Positions 45,933-64,000 of a stretch of DNA of 64,000 bases are shown in pieces. The stretch is taken from the NCBI RefSeq assembly GCF_009914755.1, contig NC_060925.1. The stretch is one strand, 5' to 3'. The stretch's first letter is position 1; every line of letters begins with the position of its first letter. A model generated the notes under the pieces. The model was not told the origin of the DNA. It made no database searches and saw only the letters and a list, made by a program, of their open reading frames with translations. Both the position numbers and the translations under genes were made by a program. Source of the stretch: the human T2T-CHM13v2.0 reference genome, Homo sapiens.

Positions 45933-47322
45933 TCAGAATTGTAGCTTATTACAGCTTATTAGTGGCAGTGTTAGGACTAGATAATGGTACTCCTACCCTC
46001 AGCTGATTATAACACATTGTTTCCCTGCATGTACAATTTCGGCAGGAGTAATTTGTGACTTTTAAATTAGCATTAGTCTACTGAAACAGAAATCCTCAGT
46101 AGGTTAATCAGCCTTGCAAAAATGCGGGTTAGTTTTCTAGCTAAATACTTTGTCCTGGCTCAGAGATTTACAGTCAGTTTGGTTCCTTTGAAAGGTATCT
46201 GTTCTTGGAAGGCAATTAATCATATGAGAACCATTATATCTATTGTATGAGGAACTTTTTTCTGTAGAATATTTGCATTTTCCATGTTCTACTTGTTTTC
46301 TGTTTCTGTTTTCAGCCTTCTATGGCAATTTCTTAGTAATTTGACTAATATGTATGCCAAGTAATTTTTAAGTGAGAGATTTTTAACATTTGTATGAAAG
46401 ATGATATTTTAGAAAGTATTATTGGCTTGTTTTTTTTTTTTTAAACACCATTGGGCTTAGAATGGAAGTGGGCATGCATTTTGAACATAGACTTGTTGGA
46501 AATGAATATGCTGTACACATGTGTTAGCTGCATTAAAAAGGCTGCTTTGCTGGCAAGCTGGCCTGGACTGTTGCTCACAAGGATTATAACTGATTGCAGA
46601 TGGAATGCACTAGAATGTTTCTGCCATAAACTCTCTTATGAAAAAGTAGAAGAGTATGAAGAGTACTTTAGGGAATGTGCTAAATCTGAAAACTGAGAAG
46701 TAGCTATTTTATTTAAGCACTTTCTGGTCTTGGAGGAAATATTCTCCATGGCACAAATAAATGTTACTGTCTTGACATTTTGGAGTCCCAAGCACATGCA
46801 AATGGCTCTGTTCAATAATATCCCATTATATTCCAAGGTTCTCCCACTTGAGAAGCATTTCTTATTGTCTAATTACTTGGTAAAAAGGGAAATGAGCCAA
46901 AGTGAATGATCTAACCGCTTACATTTATGGTTAGGTTATTTGTGTAAACCTGGAGACATTAAACCTGTATAAATGCACTCAAAAACAGGAAGTAGATAAA
47001 ATTGGTTTTCACTTATAATATGAGGTACACTCCATCAAGTGACTGAACTGTGATATTTTACTTTATTTTTACCCACAAATTGTCTCTTGCCCTTTGGTGA
47101 ATTTTGTTCATATATTTAACAACCTTCCTTTGCCAGGACCTTTTTTTTCCCCAGTGCCCAATCTTGGTTGGGATAGAAGTAGCCCTGACTTTTTTTTCCT
47201 GTTTATTACTCATATTATATGTCTTATAGGCTTTTTCATTCACGCATACATTTCTAAACCAAATGCCGCACAGCGTAACTGATACAAATAATGATTTCAT
47301 GTCCACTATTGAAAATTTGGGG

Positions 47323-48347
<1,025 letters not shown>

Positions 48348-48542
48348 AGAAAGTAATGCATTTAAATTTGTATACTTTTTTTAGTATAAATTACTATAAC
48401 CACATGAAAATAAATGTAAATGCATGTAAATTATGAACATTGTGAATAATAAACGAGAAAGAAAAGTCATCTGTATTCTTACCTCCTTAACCACAGCATA
48501 CTGCTGCTTTTGATGGATTTTTTTGGTACTTTTTTCTTTCAG

Positions 48543-51000
<2,458 letters not shown>

Positions 51001-51854
51001 TGTGGTTAGTTTTAGTGTCTAAATTTTCAGTGGGAATATAAGTTTAAAGGCAGAAATAACTGAACCTATCACTAAGTTGGAGGCAGTTTTTGCTATTGTG
51101 TATTCGGAGTTTCTTTTTATTACATGATATAATTTAATAAGCTTCTTTACCTAAATAAATATTTTTCACATCAAAATGGCTAAGAGAAGTACTGGAAAAA
51201 ATCATCTTGGTGGAAACGTCCTCTTTCTTTGTGCTTTGCATGTTGTTGTTGTAGTCTTTGAGATTGTCATAATTAAAATCCAAAGTAAACTTTGTGCTGC
51301 CTTTATATATGCATTTGTTGGTTTCTCATAGGAGAAAGCAACCATGCCCAATTTTTTTTTTAATGCCTTCTTTGCAACTCTCAAGAGGTGTTTTGGAGTT
51401 CATTTTTAAAAGTCTAGCCAATATCGTGGTGGTGATTGCTTTTGGTAGTTGCCTAGTGAAGTGCGAAGTGGTGTAATGGCAGCTAGCAAAGTCTGGAATG
51501 CAGTTCACAAGACCGTGAAAGGGATGCTACTTCTGTCTCTATGTCAGACAAAGTGGGCATTCATAGTTCAGTTTTCGGTAGTACCTGTTTATCAAGGAAT
51601 GTGCATTGTATAGGTGAAAGCTGTTCTTAGTTGTGGTGTTTAGGGATGAATGCCTTGTACATACATACAGGTGATAAGAATAAGAAATACGAAGTTAGGT
51701 TTTTGAGAGCACCTATAGGAAATTAGGTTTTTGTTATTCAGCAAGCCTAGGTGTCAAAGCTTTCAGAGAGATTTTAGCATTGTCTTAGATAGAGATAAAT
51801 AATCAAAGCAATGTGATGACTATTAGGAGAGCACCGAGAAAGGGCGTCTAAATA

Positions 51855-52502
<648 letters not shown>

Positions 52503-52731
52503 TAATTGAGAAGGATGGCAGGGAAAGGTAGGTAATGTCTGAGAAGCCCTTTTGGTTTTGGCTTACCAGAAAACTGTGGGGCCGGAAGTATCAGAAGCAA
52601 CACAGTGAGGAAATGATTTAACTAAACTTACTCTTTCCACACCACATTGTTCCGGTCTGTTACTGACACGTGTTCCTTTAGCTGTGAATAAACTTGAGGA
52701 GGCAAAATGGGAGATTTTACAATTCCTTTTA

Positions 52732-53063
<332 letters not shown>

Positions 53064-53079
53064 TTAAAAACAACAAACG

Positions 53080-53270
53080 CTTAAGTTGTGCCAGGCACAA
53101 TTAGGCAGATTTTAACTTACTGAATCCTTGCAATAATTATATGGCAGGTACTCTTTCCCCATTTCACAGATGAAGGAATTGATACAAAGAGGTATTATTG
53201 GCTGTCTTGCCTGGGCTCACATATCTATTAATTGAGGGAAGTAGAAAATGAAGTTGGGCTGTCTCCAGAA
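53080..53270. mobile_element. MIR
   Basis: TGTGCCAGGCAC...CCCATTTCACAGATGAAGGAATTGA. Confidence 0.7.
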
Positions 53271-53904
53271 CCCTTACTATTGGAGAGCATATCACCTCTC
53301 ACAATATTTATTAAGTTTTACTATTCTGTGCAGTAATGCTGAATGTCTATGCTTAATTTGAATTTAACTTAGATTAAAATTTATTTTGATTTATTTTCTT
53401 GATGGAGGGAAATTATGAGGAAAAAGCTGCGGGGAAGGGGCAGATGATTATCAGTTTACATGTCTTTGGGCATTTTAGGTAGAGTGAAATCTAGGCCTTG
53501 CAAATCATATCTCTTTAGAATCATTCAAAATTTGCTTAGGAAGAGCAGAATTGTTAATTGATTGTTTATTCAATGTGTATGCTAAGTAACATGTTTTATA
53601 GAAGAGTTATAATTTTTTTCCTATTTTCCTATTGTATATTTGTTTTTTAATACTCTGGGATCAAGTATACAGTGAATATGTATAGTACATTTATCCCTGT
53701 TTTATAAAAAAATGGGAAACTAAATTTGTTGTAAATGATTAAGGAACTTTATGATTATAGATCTTTTGCTCAAATCTTTATGGCAATAGGTTTTACTATG
53801 TTTCTATATTGTGAGGAGGGGAGCGAGTTGCCTGTGGGTTTTGGTTTTATGGTTTTAAAATATAAGCAGTGTATAAAATATTTTTATTGTGTGCCATTTT
53901 TCTT

Positions 53905-54514
<610 letters not shown>

Positions 54515-56066
54515 GCCATTTTTCTTAATTGTTGCTCTAGGAGGCTTTTAGAGCGGAAGATTGTGCTGAAGATGTCACTGGGATTTTTAACAAGCCCTAA
54601 ACGTGCTTGGTTACTAAAGTTAATATAAAGTTACAGTGTTGCCACACAGATAACATCAATTATAGTTGCAGGCAAAATCTTTAGTAGTTTGCCAACAACA
54701 GTATAATTACTAGACACTGAGATATTAGATAAATTTATTCTGGGGAATTAAAAGGCGTTTAAATACTAATCTTGTTTTGACTGCCTTATTTTCTAGGGCT
54801 CAGTAATTAAAGTGTTATTTCTGCATCTTTATGCTAAAGTAGCAAAGTTGTGAATAAGGCAGGGAGAAAAGGGGGTAAAATTAGGGAATTTAGTAGACTG
54901 TCTTAAGTCTTAACTTGAAACTTCTTCAAGAAAGAGAAGATGGTCAGTTGTGGTTCATCAGTAAACTAAGACCTTTGAAACATTTTGTGATAGTCATTTT
55001 GATAGCATTTACGTTTATCTTGGATAAAAGTCTTCAAGTCAGCCTTTATGGAAATTATAGTGTCCTGCCCTTCTCCAGCTCTCCTAAGGTTAGTGTTGGC
55101 TACACCATTAGGAATAAAAAACCTGAAGACAAAAGGGAAAAGATACAAAAGTTGTATGGAGAGGATAAAGGAAGGATCATTTTTCCTTTGGACTTGGAAA
55201 AAAATACATTTAGGTCTTAGATGTTAAAGCTGCCTTTTAGATTTATGAAGGAAAATTTAGGAAAACAGCCTTGAAACCTCATGGGATTTGGATGGTAACC
55301 AAGAGGCAAGGCCTGGAGGTGAGAGTGAGCAGAGCAAGTTATTGGGGAAATCAGGAGATAGCCTGAACTCATTCTTCTAGAGAGTCCTGTAAGTGGTTAT
55401 GATGATAATCATTGTAATAAAGGTAGGGAATATAACGTGACTGACTACTTCAAACAGTTCATTTTCTTGGCTCTTAGTACCCCATACTCTCCTAATTGCC
55501 TTCCTTCCTCCCAGGTTGGTTATTCTTTACCTCCTTCGGTTAAAGTCCACCAGGCTTTTGTCCTCAGATCTCTCTCTCCAGAAAAGAGAGACGCCCTAGA
55601 TGATTTCTTCTAGTTCTGGGGGCTTAAATGTCATTGAGATGGTGATAACTCCCAGATTCACTTCTGTAGCCTGGACCTCTCTCTAGAAGTATAGACTTGG
55701 CTACCCAGCTGCCAACTGAACTCTACTTGAAGGCCACAGAAGCATCTCAAACTCAACATGTCCTAAACATAACTATTGTTTTTTCCCTTCCTGACCACCC
55801 AGAGTGGCTCCTCCTTTATTTTTATCAATTCTTTTAGTTGCCTAGACCAAAAATATTGGAGTCATTCTTACCTTCTCCGTTTTTCTCATAGGCCACATAT
55901 ATCAATCAGTAAGTCTTGCCATCTTTGCCTTCACAATATATCCTGAATCAGTTACTTTTTGCCATTTCTACTCTAGTCAAGATAAGTACTGCAATAGCCT
56001 CCTGTCTCTCTGCTTTTGCCCTTGTTTCCATGCAGTAGCCAGTCATATTTTAGAAATATACATCAG

Positions 56067-56381
<315 letters not shown>

Positions 56382-56474
56382 TCACCCCTTTGCAATCAGA
56401 TCATGTCACCCCTCTGCTTAAAATTCTTCACTGGTTTCCTGTCACATTTATTTCATTTTAATGTAATTTTAAAT

Positions 56475-56767
56475 TTTTTTTGTAGTCAGAGTCAGAGCCT
56501 CTGTCGCCCAGGCTGGAGTGCAGTGGCATGATCTAGTCACACTTGCAGCCTCTGCCTCCCAGGTTCAAGCTGTTCTCGTGTCTCAGCCTCCCAAATAGCT
56601 GGGACTACAGGTGCGTGCTACCACACCCAGCTAATTTTTGTATTTTTAGTAGAGACAGGGTTTTGCCATGTTGGCCAGGCTGGTATCGAACTCCTGAGCT
56701 CAAGCAATATGTCCACCTAGGCCTCCCAAAGTGCTAGGATTACAGGTGTGAACCACTGCGACCAGTC
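56475..56767 (-). mobile_element. AluJ
   Basis: Antisense dimer. Confidence 0.85.
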
Positions 56768-57376
56768 CTTATCACTTTTAGAATAAAACTAAAAATCCTC
56801 ACTTTGGCCACACAGCCTCACAGAATTTGGCCTCTGGCTAGCTATCTGATTTCACATTTGATCATTGTTTGCCCACCTGGCTATACTGCTGGTCTTGCTG
56901 TTCCTTAAATTTCATTCAGATTCCTGCTCAGATATCTCCTCAGAGGTGGCAGCTTGTTTGCTTTTATCTAAAATAGCCACTTCTACCACTTTCACTGTGA
57001 TCTTTTATCTCCTAACCCGGCTTTATTTTTCTTTCCAACATTATGCTATTTGTATTAGTTAATTGTCTCATGCTGTCATTAGAATGTAAGCTCCATGTAG
57101 GCAGGGACTTGTTTTCACTAGGTATCTATAGGTCATGGTAGACATGCAAGTATTTGTTAAATGAAAGAATATTTTGTACATTTACTTTATGCTAGGCCTT
57201 GAGCCAAAATGTGAGAATTAAATGACAGTTCTGTATAGTTAGGCACTATTATTAATATGCCCATATTACAGATAAGAAAATTAAAAATTAAGGCTTACAG
57301 AGTTTATTACATGCTTATAGATGGACCTAGGGTAATGTTGGATACTTAGAGTGGGATCACATTAAAGCCTCTACAG

Positions 57377-57693
57377 CAGTGGTCCCCAACCTTTTTGGCA
57401 CCAGGGACCGGTTTTGTGGAAGATAATTTTTCCACAGACGGGGGTGGAAGTGTATGGTTTCGGGATGAAACCGTTCCATCTCAGATCATCAGACATTAGT
57501 TAGATTCTCATAAGGAGCGGGCAACCTAGATCCCTCACATGTGCAGTTCACAATAGGATTCATGCTGGTATGAGAATCTGATGCCGCCACTGATCTGACA
57601 GATGCTCGCCTGTTGCTCACCTCCTCCTGTGTGGCCTGGTTCCTAATAGGCCATGGACAGTACCGGTCTCTGGCCCAGGGGTGGGGCCCCCTG
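57377..57693 (+). mobile_element. MER1B (hAT-Charlie)
   Basis: CAGTGGTCCCCAACCTTTTTGGCACCAGGGACCGG...GGGGCCCCCTG; perfect 8-bp TSD CTCTACAG (57369-57376, 57694-57701). Confidence 0.92.
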
Positions 57694-57792
57694 CTCTACA
57701 GCATTCTACTTCATCGGTAAAATCTTTGAAAATGTCTTCTAGAAATATTTTTAAGGTCACTTTACCTTTTGATCATTGAATATTGGGTCAAT

Positions 57793-58104
<312 letters not shown>

Positions 58105-59219
58105 TAATCTTTTGATGTATGAATGGACCCATCTCTCTCGCTGCCCCTGCAACACCAGATACTGGGACTCATCGATTTCTGATGATGAAAGATGTCGTTC
58201 TCATGGGAGTCTTTATGTTATACAAATGGAGAGCAAAGTTCCCAAACATGCTGCCGTGGTTGATGTGTTCTGTCATCTGGTAATAACTGGAGTTATTACA
58301 GTCATCCAAGTGAGAGAAGTGGTGGTTGAACCAGGGTGGTCACGATGGTGGTGGGGAGAAGCCATATTTGGAAAGTAGAACTGATAGGATACATCAGATG
58401 TGGAGGATGAAAGAAAAAAGCCAAAGATGGCTCCCAGATCATCTGTGGAATGTTGCTTGTAGGGTCCAGGTCTGGAGTATGCTGTGTGTCCAGAGCAACT
58501 TAGATTGAAGAAAAGACCTCAGGCACAGAAGCTGTAAAAGAGGCCTTGAAAAGCAGCTTGAAAAGGTGGATTATAGGAAGTAAAACAATATGAAGTCTAT
58601 AATACTTTTAAAAGAGTTATTTTCTGACACTAGTCCTCAAAAATATTCCTGGAGTCCATTCTTTGCAGGAAAAGTGGCGACTTGTCCTAGACAAAGCCTA
58701 CGTGCTGATTCCATGTGACCCTGGGGGTGGGTACTAAATTCGTAACAGCTTGTGGGTGAAAATATGGTTTATATGTTGAATGTGTTCCTTAATTACTGTA
58801 ATTCTGTTTTTATGTGCATGGTTTCTGTGAAACAAATTAGAAGTCCAACACACTATTTTAGCTCAGTTGACCTTGATACAAGAACTGCTGTGTTAATTAT
58901 GCCCAGTCTTTCAGTAGTACAATCCTCTTTTTTTTTTCTGTGAATGTTAGTAAAATCTACTGGTATTTTATGTATATATTGCACAGCTATACACTGTTTT
59001 TCTTTTTATGCTCTTGAAAATGGAATTTAATCAGAGTTGTACATGACACATGGAGGGCATTCATTTGAGTCCTTGGTATAGGGCAGTATAGAGGATCCAT
59101 AAGACATGGTCCAAGCACTTTGAGGATATATGATGTTGGGGGAGCATCAGAGATTTGTTGACACATTTAAGTAAGGACTTGAATGTCGTACTTTGACTGT
59201 TGGCAAGAAATAGGCTCTT

Positions 59220-59520
59220 GGCTGGGTCCAGTGGCCCACACTTGTAATCCTAGCACTTTGGGAGGCCAAAACAGGAGAATTGCTTCAGCCCAGGAGTTCG
59301 AGACCAGCTGGAGCAACCTAGGGAGACCCTGTCTCTACAAAAAAATAAACAAATTAGCCGTGCATGGTGGCACGTGCCTGTGGTCCCAGTCACTCAGGAG
59401 GCTGAGGTGGGAGGATCACTTGAGCCCAGGAGGCTGAGGATGCGTGAGCTGTAATCTCACCACTGCACTCCAGCCTAGGGCGACAGAGCAAGACCCTGTC
59501 TCTAAAAGAGAAAAGAAACA
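59220..59520 (+). mobile_element. AluJ
   Basis: Sense dimer. Confidence 0.85.
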
Positions 59521-59559
59521 GAATTCTTACATTGTGCTTTAGTTTATCAGTTAGTGAAC

Positions 59560-61344
<1,785 letters not shown>

Positions 61345-61529
61345 GCTTTATCATTTATTTTTTGGCCCTGTCTTATGGTGCAGAGGCTTAAAAGTTTTTT
61401 GACAGCAAATTTTCTAGAGGCTAGGAGTGTTTATTATAACCATGTTTTTGAGCGGTGAGGACTACCTCAGAGGGCATGCCTTGTGTCATCATTGTTCTTA
61501 TTGCTGAGCTACCGAAACCTAGAATCTGA

Positions 61530-62622
<1,093 letters not shown>

Positions 62623-62769
62623 AATAAAGAGAATTTTAAACAATGCCTACAGTGTGATTTTAGTGGGGTGGCCACATACATGTAGGTGTGCACATGTATT
62701 TCCATGAAAATGCCTTCCTGCCTTTAGCCTTGACAATGCTGCATATAGGGAATAAGCATTTAAATGATG

Positions 62770-63310
<541 letters not shown>

Positions 63311-64000
63311 TTTTTAAATCTTGCATTTAATTCCTCTTTGGTTAGAAGTATACTTCTTTGCTTGGATTACCATTTGCATGTGGAGAGATGTTCCTTCTAG
63401 AACCATGTCTCCTTGTCACATGATTATGTACAGTGTGAGCTTTATTAATACTCTGTCAGCATTTGAGGTTGGAACATAAATGCGTGGCTGTACCCAGTGG
63501 AATCCAGCAAGAGAGAGAACTAAGCACCGTAGCAACTGTTGCTATTTGTGTACTGAGCAACAGCTGTGCGAGACAGATTTATTTTTTAATCCTGATCTCA
63601 CTGATAGCCTGGGATGTGGCCTTGCCACATCTCAAAGGAGTAGATTGGTTGAGATATCCAGTCTTTGAGGAGATTTCATGACCACATGCCATAAAGATTC
63701 TGTTTCATTTCAAATATGAGGAGCTAAAGCTTTGTGTGTATGAGTGAGGGAGAAAGATTAAGCTTTAAAGCATTCATAGTCAGTCCCTGAAATATAGTGT
63801 GACTGGATTAATGACATGATAAATCACTTTTAATGTGGGTGGTGAGACTTCATGCATTTCAGTCAAAAAAGTAATTTTGCTGTAATGTGGTTCATTTCCA
63901 AATTTTGGCTGCTAACTTACCTAGGATGGATAAACATTATCACAGAGTATTTACTGAGCATCTACTTTATACCAGGGTCTTTTCTGAATACTGGTAACAT

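Noticed and set aside
58175-58390. ATGATGA box-C-like motif in intron 2
   Set aside because: Next CTGA is about 200 nt away, no terminal stem, and the context resembles decayed L2

Overview
Primate genomic DNA, almost certainly human (or a great-ape orthologue), covering the 5' end of KIF1B (kinesin-3 motor, human 1p36.22) on the + strand. The first ~19.5 kb is intergenic and Alu-dense. A CpG-island promoter follows (~19.5-21.0 kb) with a near-consensus CTCF site, two inverted CCAAT boxes and GC boxes. Non-coding exon 1 ends at the donor GAG|GTAAGG (20487). After a ~21.4 kb intron 1, exon 2 (41848-42032) carries the start codon (41927) and the first 35 codons, [35 protein letters not shown]. 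Intron 2 runs off the end of the window and exon 3 was not found. Roughly half the window is Alu (about 100 copies or fragments, often nested or tandem), plus MIR, L2, old L1, two MaLR LTRs (MST, MLT1) and DNA transposons (MER30, two MER1B, Tigger3). The Alu-derived MIR1273D annotation lies in intron 1. Nearly every entry in the ORF track is an Alu or GC-rich shadow ORF. I find no evidence of a new protein-coding gene or a new multi-gene system. The best leads are post-transcriptional features of the KIF1B leader (stop-start coupled uORFs, a putative alternative first exon creating an overlapping uORF, a possible translatable exon-2 circle) and some unusual Alu insertion architectures. Repeat boundaries and subfamily calls were made by eye and are approximate.
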